A stretch of 64,000 bases of DNA from an uncultured delta proteobacterium (lineage in GTDB: Bacteria; Myxococcota_A; Polyangia; Polyangiales; B10-G4): the NCBI GenBank assembly GCA_963727445.1, contig CAVSGI010000004.1, positions 64,001 to 128,000 of the forward strand, in the 5' to 3' direction. Position numbers and translations under genes: made by a program. This document shows positions 51,177 to 60,175 of this stretch, piece by piece. Position 1 is the stretch's first letter; each line of letters starts with the position of its first letter. Below the pieces are notes generated by a model, which did not search any database, was not told where the DNA came from, and saw only the letters and a program-made list of their open reading frames with translations.

Positions 51177-52721
51177 CTACCCCGAGCAGGTTTCGGTGAC
51201 CCGTCCGGCTGGGGTCTGCGGCTCGATGGGCCCGGGCCGCGCCGGCTCGTTGACGATCAGCGGGTGGCTCGGCGACAGCTCGAGACGCGGCGGGTGCATG
51301 ATGGGGTCGACCCGGCTCAGCTCCTCGGCGCAGATGGCGGCGTCGCGGCCGACCTGCCGCGAACGCAGCGCGGTGGCGAGACAGGACTCGAAGGCCTCTC
51401 GCGCCCGCGCGCGGAGCTGGGCGATGGGCCCCGAGCGCCAATCGGCGAGCACCGCGGTCTCGGACTCGCGCTCGTCGTAGACCTCGACCGGCGGCGCCGA
51501 GGTGAAGGTCTCGAGGAGCTCGCGGTACATCTCGCCTCGGCGCGCGTCGGCGGCGATGCGATGCCGCGTCACTCCGAGGGACGCCACACGCCGGTAGGCC
51601 GCTTCAGCGCGCGCGAGCGCCCGGAGCTTCTGCACCATCCACGGGCGCAGCCGGTTCGCCACCCAGCGCTCGACCTCGCGCCGCCCGCCCCGCCCCTGAA
51701 AGCGTGGTGGCGACAGCGCAGCGAAGCGCCCGTAGCGCGCCTCGGCCAGGTTGAATCCGGCTTCGGCCACCGCGTCGAGGGTGCGCGCGAAGTCCGAGCC
51801 GAGCTCCTCGCCGTCCTCGTCGAGACGCATCGCCACCACCGAGGCGCCGCCCCGATCCCAGATCGAAAGGGCGCGACGGAAGGAACGCGCGGCCTCGCTG
51901 CGATGTCCCGACTCCTGCTCCGCGACGCCGCGCGCGACCCAGGCCCGAACGCGCTCGCCCACCGGCACGTGTCGCGCGAACCGGCGTGTGTGTGCCGACA
52001 GGTGGCGTCGCGCCTCCTCCGCGTGGCCCGCGCGGGTGAGCGCCCTGCCGGCGACGAGGCTGACCCGCGCCGCGTCCGCGACCCGCGTCTCGCCGTAGGT
52101 CTCGACGTATGCCTTCGACAGCTCGTAGGCGCGCTCCTCGTCGCCCACGCCTCGCCTGAGCGCGATCGCAGTCTCGAGGGCGCGCGGCGCGTCTGCGCAG
52201 AGACCCAGCGCCTTTTCGTCTTCGGTGCAGGTGGCGTCGTCGCGGCTCGCATCGTGCAGAGCGAAGGCTTCGTAGTAGTCCGCGGCCGCGACGAAGTCGC
52301 CGGCGGCGTGACGCTCGCTGCCCAGAAGGAAGAGGACGTCGCTCGGCGCGTCGGCCAGGAGCGATGCGTGCTCGGTGGCGCGTTCGCGCGCGCAGCCACC
52401 GATGGAGGGAGGCGGCAGGGGACGAAGCGCATCGGGCGTCAGGAGCACCGCGGGGGCGGTGGCGGGAGGCGGCAGCAGATCGAGCCAGGAGGCGTGGTGC
52501 GCGGGCAGTGAGAGCGGCGGCTGGTCTTCCGTGGCCAAAGACACCTCCGCGAGGGCCGGCGCTGCGCGCGCGACGCTCGGCCCCGAGGCGTGCGACTTGG
52601 CGCCCGGTTTCAGCTTCGGCGGCAGGTCGAGGGGCACCAGCAGGAAGGCACAGACTCCCACGACGGCAGCGATACCGGTCGCCACATACCCCTCGACGAC
52701 GCGTGCAGAGCGCACATCCAC
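51177..52721 (-). CDS. Membrane-anchored TPR-like protein
   Basis: N-terminal TM, Pro-rich linker, Ala-rich helical repeats (AADYYEAFA, AARSFRRAL, AEAAYRRV). Confidence 0.6.
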   Translation of the reverse strand: MDVRSARVVEGYVATGIAAVVGVCAFLLVPLDLPPKLKPGAKSHASGPSVARAAPALAEVSLATEDQPPLSLPAHHASWLDLLPPPATAPAVLLTPDALRPLPPPSIGGCARERATEHASLLADAPSDVLFLLGSERHAAGDFVAAADYYEAFALHDASRDDATCTEDEKALGLCADAPRALETAIALRRGVGDEERAYELSKAYVETYGETRVADAARVSLVAGRALTRAGHAEEARRHLSAHTRRFARHVPVGERVRAWVARGVAEQESGHRSEAARSFRRALSIWDRGGASVVAMRLDEDGEELGSDFARTLDAVAEAGFNLAEARYGRFAALSPPRFQGRGGRREVERWVANRLRPWMVQKLRALARAEAAYRRVASLGVTRHRIAADARRGEMYRELLETFTSAPPVEVYDERESETAVLADWRSGPIAQLRARAREAFESCLATALRSRQVGRDAAICAEELSRVDPIMHPPRLELSPSHPLIVNEPARPGPIEPQTPAGRVTETCSG

Positions 52722-52780
52722 AATCTGACAGGCCTCGGCGCGGGTGTCGAGGGACCCCCCGCGTGCTATGCGGCTTCGCC

Positions 52781-54283
52781 GTGGCAGAGGACGACCGGAG
52801 GCGAGAGCTCCTCGATGCGATCGCGATCCTGGAGGGGATCGTCGAGGATCGCGGGCGGCTCCTCGTCCTCGACGAAGAAGAGAAAAAGCGCCTGATCATC
52901 GCGGCCGGGCGGGTCAGCAGACCCGACCGCGCCGACCATCGCAAGCTGGCCAAGGCGCGGCGCCGCGAGCGCAAGGCGGCGCGCCGGGCGGCCGACCAGG
53001 CGGTGCTCGCGGCAACCGGGATCCGCGCCGCGCGGCGCGCCGCGGTCTTCGAGACGCCTCAGCCGCTGCCCCCGGGCACGCCGCCGCCGCCGCGCGCGCT
53101 GCCAGAAGACGCGGGCGCGCCTTCCCTCGGCGAGGCGCGCAAGTGCTATGTCTGCAAGCGCGAGTTCCGCGAGGTTCACGAGTTCTACGATCAGATGTGC
53201 CCGCGCTGCGCGGCGCTCAACTGGGACAAGCGCAACCAGAGCGCCGATCTCCGAGGGCGCTGGGCGGTGGTCACCGGCGCGCGCGTGAAGATCGGCTATC
53301 AGGCGGCCATCAAGCTGCTGCGCGCCGGTGCCCACGTGGTGGTGCTCACGCGTTTCCCGCGCGACGCGGCTGACCGCTACGCGCGGGAGCCGGACTTCGC
53401 GGACTTCGCCGAGCGTCTCGTCATCCACGGGATCGATCTGAGGCACACGCCCAGCGTGGAGCTGCTCGCCGATCATCTGAGCCGGACGCTCCCGCGGCTC
53501 GACTATCTGGTGAACAACGCCTGCCAGACCGTTCGCCGGCCGGCTGGCTTCTACGCGCACCTCCTCGAGGGGGAGCGCACGGCGACGCCCAGCGCGCTGA
53601 GGTCGCTCCTCGAGAGCCATGCCTCGCTCTCCGAGACGGAGGCGGGCACGCTGGCGCGCCTCGGCGCGGCGCGAGCGATGGTCGATTCGGTGGAGGCGTC
53701 CCAGGCCGAGCTCCTGCCCGAGGATCGCGGCCGCGACCTGAGCCTCTTCCCCGACGGACAGCTCGACGCCGACCTGCAGCAGGTGGATCTTCGCGACAGG
53801 AACAGCTGGCGACTGCTCCTACACGAGGTGCCCACCGTCGAGCTCCTCGAGGTTCATCTGGTGAACGCGGTCGCGCCCTACGTCCTCGTCGGTCGGCTCC
53901 GGCCACTGATGGCGCGCACCGCGGCCGACGACAAGCACATCGTCAACGTGAGCGCGATGGAAGGGCAGTTCTACCGCGAGTGGAAGACGGCCCGGCATCC
54001 GCACACCAACATGGCCAAGGCGGCGCTCAACATGATGACCCGTACCTCGGCCGAGGATTACCTCCGCGACGGCATCCACATGAACAGCGTGGACACCGGC
54101 TGGGTCACGGACGAGGACCCGGCCGCCATCGCCGAGCGAAAGACCGAGGTCCACGGCTTCCATCCGCCGCTGGACATCGTCGACGGCGCCGCGCGGATCG
54201 TCGACCCGATCTTCCACGGCGCCAACACTGGCGAGCACCTTTGGGGGCTCTTCCTCAAGGACTACGTCGCCGCGCCCTGGTGA
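52781..54283 (+). CDS. Extended SDR oxidoreductase with CxxC...CxxC region
   Basis: CYVCK...FYDQMCPRC; VVTGARVKIGY, LVNNA, NVSAMEG, HPHTNMAKAAL, SVDTGWV. Confidence 0.85.
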   Translation: MAEDDRRRELLDAIAILEGIVEDRGRLLVLDEEEKKRLIIAAGRVSRPDRADHRKLAKARRRERKAARRAADQAVLAATGIRAARRAAVFETPQPLPPGTPPPPRALPEDAGAPSLGEARKCYVCKREFREVHEFYDQMCPRCAALNWDKRNQSADLRGRWAVVTGARVKIGYQAAIKLLRAGAHVVVLTRFPRDAADRYAREPDFADFAERLVIHGIDLRHTPSVELLADHLSRTLPRLDYLVNNACQTVRRPAGFYAHLLEGERTATPSALRSLLESHASLSETEAGTLARLGAARAMVDSVEASQAELLPEDRGRDLSLFPDGQLDADLQQVDLRDRNSWRLLLHEVPTVELLEVHLVNAVAPYVLVGRLRPLMARTAADDKHIVNVSAMEGQFYREWKTARHPHTNMAKAALNMMTRTSAEDYLRDGIHMNSVDTGWVTDEDPAAIAERKTEVHGFHPPLDIVDGAARIVDPIFHGANTGEHLWGLFLKDYVAAPW

Positions 54284-54295
54284 GCTGACGCGGAT

Positions 54296-55894
54296 TCAGA
54301 GCCCGGTGTAGCCGCCGGGACCGACCGTCGCCTCGTCGAGGACCTGGGAGCTGTGCTCCATGTGTTGCTGCGCCTCTTCGGGGCTCGCGCCGTAAGCGGT
54401 CACGCCGAGCTTGCCGTGTTGCGAGACCGCACCGAGGAGATGGAAGACCACCCCGTCGTCGGTCCAGGGGCGGTAGTGCAGGCCGTGCACCGCCGCGACG
54501 TCGAGCACGTCCTCCACCGACAAGCCCCGGTAGGTGGGCGCGCTCAATGTGTCGGTGCACACGTAGAAGCGCGGGCTACCGTGGCCGGAGATGTAGAGGC
54601 CAGTAGACGCGTCGTAGCGGCCCGAGTTGAGCATCCGCATGATCATCAGCGGGTGCGTGGTGCCGCTCATGCGCAGGTTGATCTCGATGGCGAAGCGCTT
54701 CCATTCGCCCTGTCGTTCGACCGCCATGAAATCGACGGCCACCCGGCCCACGACCCCCTTCTTCACCAGCACCTCGCCCACCTTCAGCGCGTCGGCCTGG
54801 ATCTCCATCCGGTAGGCGTCGTCCGCCGGGAAACGCGCGCCCGCGTAGGTCTGTCCGTCGGGCCCGCCCAGGAGCTGATCGTGGGTGCTGACGCATTCGA
54901 GCTCGCCCCGCGGATTGATGCGCAGTTGACCGCTCGGCGATCGCACACGGTCGCCTTCGACGAACTGCTCGACCACGCCGCCGGTCTCGCCGATCTCGTC
55001 GCGGAAGACGTCCCAGGTCATGCCCTCCGACGCGAAGCGCATCTTCGGCAGCTCCTCGAGGATGCGATCCACGCGCCCGCCGCGCGAGCTCGCCTTTGGC
55101 GCCACCTCGCCGAGGTTGCTCAGGTCGAGCACGGCGTTGCCCTCGCCGCTGAAGCCGTGGTCTTTCTTGACCACCACCCGTCGCGTTTCGGGCTCCTCCT
55201 CCCAGATGTCCGCGGCGGCCTCCGCGATCTGGGCGCCGCTCTTCACGTCCTCCGCGCCGAGCGGCAGGGACACGCCCGCCTCGCGGAAGGTGCGGCGCGA
55301 GCCGCTCTTGGTGCCGAGCTCGAGGAGCGTGGGGTCGACGCCGTAGAGAGGGATGCCGAGGCGCACAGCGAGCTTGCGCTCGAGGCGCGAGACCGTGAAG
55401 CACGTCATGTGCGCACGCTCCGGATCGATGGCGTCGAGGATCCGCCGCATCAGCCGCGGGCGCTCGAGGATCTTCTCGGTGAGCGGCCGCGGCGACATGT
55501 CGTAGGTCGAGAGCATCGTCAGGCGATCGCGGACGTGGGCCGAGCTGATCCCGCGCACCATGGCGATGAAGTAGTCGACCATCGCCGGATGGATGGGCTG
55601 GCTGGTCACGTAGACCAGGCGCGCCCGCGGGTGGCGCAGGAGCATCAGCGTGAAGAGCATCCGCTCCTCGTAGTGGTTGACGCCGGCGATGGAGCTCATC
55701 GGGAGCCCCTCGAGGGAGAGGCTCGGCACCACCACGATGTCGCGATGTCCCGCGTTCACGTCGCGGATGGCCGACCATCGATCGAGGAGCACCGCTTGAA
55801 GCTGCGCAAATCGTTCCAGCTCTTCGGTCAGCGGGAGGGGTTCACTCGTCCTCTCGCCGGGACGCTCGGGTCGGCCCACGGGTCGAGAGTACAT
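54296..55894 (-). CDS. PGM1-related ATP-grasp peptide ligase
   Basis: VVVPSLS, HYEERMLF, YVTSQPI, GTKSGSR, GFSGEGNA, SPSGQ, STHDQLLGG, VDF, EINLRMSGTTHP. Confidence 0.85.
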   Translation of the reverse strand: MYSRPVGRPERPGERTSEPLPLTEELERFAQLQAVLLDRWSAIRDVNAGHRDIVVVPSLSLEGLPMSSIAGVNHYEERMLFTLMLLRHPRARLVYVTSQPIHPAMVDYFIAMVRGISSAHVRDRLTMLSTYDMSPRPLTEKILERPRLMRRILDAIDPERAHMTCFTVSRLERKLAVRLGIPLYGVDPTLLELGTKSGSRRTFREAGVSLPLGAEDVKSGAQIAEAAADIWEEEPETRRVVVKKDHGFSGEGNAVLDLSNLGEVAPKASSRGGRVDRILEELPKMRFASEGMTWDVFRDEIGETGGVVEQFVEGDRVRSPSGQLRINPRGELECVSTHDQLLGGPDGQTYAGARFPADDAYRMEIQADALKVGEVLVKKGVVGRVAVDFMAVERQGEWKRFAIEINLRMSGTTHPLMIMRMLNSGRYDASTGLYISGHGSPRFYVCTDTLSAPTYRGLSVEDVLDVAAVHGLHYRPWTDDGVVFHLLGAVSQHGKLGVTAYGASPEEAQQHMEHSSQVLDEATVGPGGYTGL

Positions 55895-55915
55895 GAAACG
55901 TCCGCGGTGTTGGGG

Positions 55916-57535
55916 CTACGGATTGTCCGCGGGCTCCGGCGCCGGGGCGTCTTCCGGGTCGGGCGCCTCCTCGGGCGTCTCGTTCGTCTCCTCGTTTTGG
56001 CCCTCGAGCGCGCGCGCGAGCTGCTCCTCGCACTCCCGGCGGAGCTCCTCGAGCCGCCGTATCTCGGCGTCGTCCTGCTCGTTGTGCTCTTCGCCGCTCA
56101 GGCTGAGGGCGTCCATGTCGCGCGCGAGCTGCTGCGCCGCCTCGCTGTAGCCCGTGATGAAGATGTAGAGCGAGGTCTGCTGGGCGTCGCGGGGCACGTA
56201 GGCCTCGGCGGCGGCCGCGTCGGGGTTGTTCGCCAGCGCGCGGCCCCAGCCCATCACCAGCGCGCCGCCCACGGCGAAGTTGTAGCCGCCCTTGCGATAG
56301 CCCACGACGGCGGTCAGGCCGACGTTGTCGAGGTGTGCAGGCTGATAGACGTTGGTGGGGCCGTCGATGGAGGGAGCAGGGGAGAGATCGGTGTAGACGC
56401 CGAAGCTGAGCGGCACGATGTCGGCAATGATCGTCTCCATCCCTGCCGCCACGTTGAAGCTCGTCTCGGTCCAGTAGCTGTTCGCGATGAAGCGACCGGG
56501 GTTCGGCGCGACGCCGGTCGAGGGATCGACGGTGGGCTGACCGAAGAGATGACGGGGCGAATCCTTCGAGCCCATCGGTGCGTAGATCGAGACGTCGAGA
56601 CCGAGGCGCCAGTTGTCGAGGGGCTCGTAGCCGACCCCCAGGCGGGCTTCGAAGGGCAGGCCGATGTCGGGGGTGGTGTCGCTCTGCTTCAGGTTCGTGA
56701 ACTGGCCGGTGCCCGTCTCGTCGACGCTGCTCACGAACTCCGAGATGTGTCCGCGCCGGTAGATGGGCAGGTTGGGCACCTGGAGCATCAGACCGAGTCG
56801 AAGGCGCTCGGTCGCGTGCCAGAGCGCACCCACCCGAAAGAGCAGCGAGATGACGTTCGCGCCGCCGTTGGAGATGCGGGAGCCGAGGCTCGAGCTCGCG
56901 AAACGACCGTCCGGCTGGCGCGGACCGATGCGCGTGACGATCTCGGATTCCTCGTAGTCGAAGTCGTGCAGCGAGAGAAAGGCGCTGATGCCGATGCCCA
57001 GATCTTCGTTCACCCGATACGCGTAGGACGGGCCGTACTGCTGGAGCCGGTCTCGTGACTGCAGATGAAGCGCTGCGGCCGTGGCGTCGGCCGGCACGGC
57101 GATAGACGCGTCCATCCGTCGCGAGGGCGTGGAGGGATTGACCGCCGACACTGCGATCGCATGCCGCCGGAACTCGTGACTCTCGGCCTGGCCAAGCTTG
57201 GCCATCCCGCCGACGAAGAAGGGGATGGAGATCGAACCGGTGTCGTTCAGGTCCACCGCCGAGTTGCCGAAGCCGTATCCGTTGGTGATGGCGTAGTCGT
57301 CGAAGACGTTGATCGACAGGCCGCCGCTGATGGTCGCGCCCTCGGGGAAGGCCAGGCCGCCGGGGTTGTACCAGACGGCGGAGAGATCCTCGGCCACACC
57401 GGTGAAGGCGCTGCCCATGCCTACCGCGCGGTTGCCGATGGGGATGCGCTGGTAGTCGAAGTCCTGGGCACGAGCGCACCGCCCATGGACCAGATGGGCA
57501 GAGACGAGGAAGAGGACAAAGGCGACCGTGCGCAC
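55916..57535 (-). CDS. FadL/OmpP1-like outer-membrane beta-barrel with acidic C-terminal tail
   Basis: Signal peptide; GNRAVGMGSAFTGVAEDLSAVWYNPGGL hatch motif; alternating beta strands. Confidence 0.8.
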   Translation of the reverse strand: MRTVAFVLFLVSAHLVHGRCARAQDFDYQRIPIGNRAVGMGSAFTGVAEDLSAVWYNPGGLAFPEGATISGGLSINVFDDYAITNGYGFGNSAVDLNDTGSISIPFFVGGMAKLGQAESHEFRRHAIAVSAVNPSTPSRRMDASIAVPADATAAALHLQSRDRLQQYGPSYAYRVNEDLGIGISAFLSLHDFDYEESEIVTRIGPRQPDGRFASSSLGSRISNGGANVISLLFRVGALWHATERLRLGLMLQVPNLPIYRRGHISEFVSSVDETGTGQFTNLKQSDTTPDIGLPFEARLGVGYEPLDNWRLGLDVSIYAPMGSKDSPRHLFGQPTVDPSTGVAPNPGRFIANSYWTETSFNVAAGMETIIADIVPLSFGVYTDLSPAPSIDGPTNVYQPAHLDNVGLTAVVGYRKGGYNFAVGGALVMGWGRALANNPDAAAAEAYVPRDAQQTSLYIFITGYSEAAQQLARDMDALSLSGEEHNEQDDAEIRRLEELRRECEEQLARALEGQNEETNETPEEAPDPEDAPAPEPADNP

Positions 57536-57697
57536 GGCGGCGCTAGTTTCGGGCCTCGACGCGCCATTGAAAAGGCGCCCGGGGAGCCGAATTGCCCCCC
57601 GGGCGCCCCATGCTGTCTGGATTGGACAACCCTTGCTACGCAGGGGCCCGTCGCGATCTTCCCCTCCCGTCCCGTGGCGGGGCATCCTCCCTTCGCC

Positions 57698-59632
57698 ATG
57701 GACGAAAGCGACAAGAAGCGCTCCGAGCTCGACGCGCGCATCCTTCGCGCCCTCGAGGCGCGGGCGCGGCTCGGCGCTCCGACCTCCGAGGAGCGAGACC
57801 GGGCCCGGGAGCTCGCCGTCCGGCTCGGGGTCGACGGTGCATTGGTCGAGGCGCTCTTCGACCGCCTGGCCGAGGCCGACGCTGCCCCGGGTGACGCGGG
57901 GCCCCGTTCCACCGAGCCCGGCGCGCCCCCGGTGGTGGCCTACCAGGGCATCGAAGCCTCCTACAGCCACGCCGCCGCCAGTCGTCATTTCGCGCGCCGC
58001 GGGGTGCGGGCCGAGCTCGTCGGCTACGGCAGCTTCAAGGAGATGCTCGAGGCGGTCGCCGACGGTGAGGCGTCGTGGGCGGTGCTGCCCCTCGAGAACA
58101 CCACCGCCGGCTCGATCCACGAGGCTTACGACCTGCTCGCGAAGATGGGCCTCGCCATCGTGGGCGAGGAGATCCAACGGGTCGATCACTGCCTCGTCGC
58201 CGTGCCGGGTGCGACCCTGAGCTCGCTTCGCAGCGTGTGGTCCCACCCCCAGGCCCTGGCGCAGTGCCGCGACTTCCTCGCCGCGCTGCCGCACGTCGAA
58301 CCGCGCGCGTACACGGACACCGCGGGTGCCGTGCGCAAGGTGCAGGACGACGGCAATCCGACGCAGGCAGCCATCGGGAGCGAGGCGGCGGCCCATCGCT
58401 ACGGCCTCGAGGTGCTGCGGCGCGATGTCGCCGACCAGCTCGAGAACTACACGCGCATGTTGGTGGTGGCGCGCTCACCAGTCGCTTACGACCCGAGCAC
58501 GCCGTGCAAGACATCGCTGCTGCTTTCGACGCGACACGAGCAGGGCGCGCTGGCGTCCTGTCTGAACGTCCTCGCCTCGCACGGACTCAGCCTCACCAAG
58601 CTCCAGTCGCGGCCACGACCCGGCTCGCCTTTCGAGTACCTCTTCTATCTGGACTTCGAAGGCAACGTCGCCGACGTCTCCGTGAAGGAAGCGCTCGACG
58701 AGCTGCGCGCCCGCACCTCGAGCTTGATGGTGCTGGGCAGCTATCCGAGCGCTTCGATGGCCGGCGTTCGGGGCTCGTTCTCCGCCGACGCCCCGCCGCC
58801 CGAAGTCCCGGCGCCGGCGCTCCCCGAGGCGCCGCCTCCCAAGGCGAAGCAGCTCGAGCACATCGGCCGCAGAGACGGGGCGCCCGACACCGTCATCGAG
58901 ATCGGTCAGGGGGTTCGCCTCGGCGGCGAGGCCCCCGTCATCATCGCCGGGCCGACGCTGGTCGAGTCGCGGGAGCAGATCCGGGAGGTCGCTCGCGTCC
59001 TCGCGGAAGAGGGCGCCCACATCCTGTGGGGCGGCTGCTTCGAGCCGCGGGCGAGCGGCTACTTCGTCGAGGGCAGAGGCTTCGACGCCCTCGCGCTCCT
59101 CGAAGCTGCGGGCAAGGAGCACGGCCTGCCCATCGCCACCGAGGTGGCGCGACCGGGGGACGTGGGCAAGGTGGCGAGGCGCGTCGATCTCCTCGTCGTC
59201 TCCGAGCGACACACCCACGACCGCGCGCTCCTCGACGCGGTGGCTCAGGTGGACAAGCCGGTGCTCCTCAAGCGTGGGGCCATGGCGTCGGCCGAGGAGT
59301 GGCTGCACGCCGCGGAGCACATCGCGCTCGAAGGCAATCCGCAGATCGTCTTGTGCGAGCGCGGCGTCCGGACCCTCGGCCCGAGCGAGCGGCGCACTCT
59401 GGACTTGTCGGCGATCCCCCAGCTCAGCGAGGTCACCCATCTGCCGATCGTGGTCGACCCGACGAGCGCCGTGCGCGTGCGGCGTCGCGTGCAGCCGATG
59501 TGCCTGGCCGCCCTCGCGGCGGGTGCGGACGGATTGCTCCTCGACGTTCATCCCGATCCGGCCAACGCCCTCGGCGGCGGCGAGCAGGCGCTCACCTTCG
59601 ACATGTTCCGGGCGTTGATGCGCGCGCTCTGA
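57698..59632 (+). CDS. pheA: Prephenate dehydratase (PDT+ACT) with AroQ-like N-terminal remnant and degenerate class Ib DAHP synthase domain
   Basis: VAYQG..SYS, LPLENTTAGSI, SHPQALAQC, NYTR, LTKLQSRP...EYLFYLD; C-terminal KPVLLKRG, LCERGVRT, TLDL, THLPIVVDP. Confidence 0.85.
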   Translation: MDESDKKRSELDARILRALEARARLGAPTSEERDRARELAVRLGVDGALVEALFDRLAEADAAPGDAGPRSTEPGAPPVVAYQGIEASYSHAAASRHFARRGVRAELVGYGSFKEMLEAVADGEASWAVLPLENTTAGSIHEAYDLLAKMGLAIVGEEIQRVDHCLVAVPGATLSSLRSVWSHPQALAQCRDFLAALPHVEPRAYTDTAGAVRKVQDDGNPTQAAIGSEAAAHRYGLEVLRRDVADQLENYTRMLVVARSPVAYDPSTPCKTSLLLSTRHEQGALASCLNVLASHGLSLTKLQSRPRPGSPFEYLFYLDFEGNVADVSVKEALDELRARTSSLMVLGSYPSASMAGVRGSFSADAPPPEVPAPALPEAPPPKAKQLEHIGRRDGAPDTVIEIGQGVRLGGEAPVIIAGPTLVESREQIREVARVLAEEGAHILWGGCFEPRASGYFVEGRGFDALALLEAAGKEHGLPIATEVARPGDVGKVARRVDLLVVSERHTHDRALLDAVAQVDKPVLLKRGAMASAEEWLHAAEHIALEGNPQIVLCERGVRTLGPSERRTLDLSAIPQLSEVTHLPIVVDPTSAVRVRRRVQPMCLAALAAGADGLLLDVHPDPANALGGGEQALTFDMFRALMRAL

Positions 59633-59639
59633 AGAGAGC

Positions 59640-60162
59640 TCAGACGAAGACGATTCTGAGCGCCGCGCGCCAACTCGAAGAAGTCGGTGGCGGTGATGAC
59701 CGAGTCGACCTGGGGCAAGAGGTCTTCGATGGTCCGATCGAACATGCGCATCGCCAGCTCGCAGCCGTAGAGCGTGCACCCCGAAGCCGCCAGGATCTCG
59801 ACCATCTCGTGAGGCGGCGGCAGGTCGAGCTCGGCCATCTTCTTCTTCATCATGCTGGTCGCCATCACCTCCATGCCGGGCAGACCCATCAGGAAGGGTG
59901 GCATCGGCGTCGAGGGGTTGCCGACCATGTTGACCCAGAGCTTGTCGACCTTGCCCTTGGTCACCACGTCCAGGCCGTAGAAGGTGAAGAAGACGCTCAC
60001 CTCCATGCCGGTCATCCGAGCGGCGTTGGCCATGATGAGCACGGGATAGCACTCGTCGAGGCCGGACTTCGCGCACACGAGCGCGAGCTTGTTGGCGGCG
60101 GCCGGGATGACCTCGGGGGCCCCGGACTGGGCGCCGTCTTTCTTTGCAAATGGAAGGGTCAT
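59640..60162 (-). CDS. DsrE/DsrF/DrsH-like (DsrE2-type) sulfur carrier, frameshifted at ~59654
   Basis: YPVLIMANAA..GMEVSVFFTFYGL, LYGCELAM, ATDF; GAATC->GATC restores GAQIVFV*. Confidence 0.85.
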
Positions 60163-60175
60163 CTCTCTCTCCTCT

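Noticed and set aside
60143..60150. TTTGCAAA PrpR/PccR-like operator
   Set aside because: Single site inside the dsrE coding sequence, far from the regulator
2856..60162. Mass pseudogenisation or programmed frameshifting
   Set aside because: Mostly single-base indels at GATC or short runs, no in-frame stops or decay, no slippery heptamers; sequencing error is more likely
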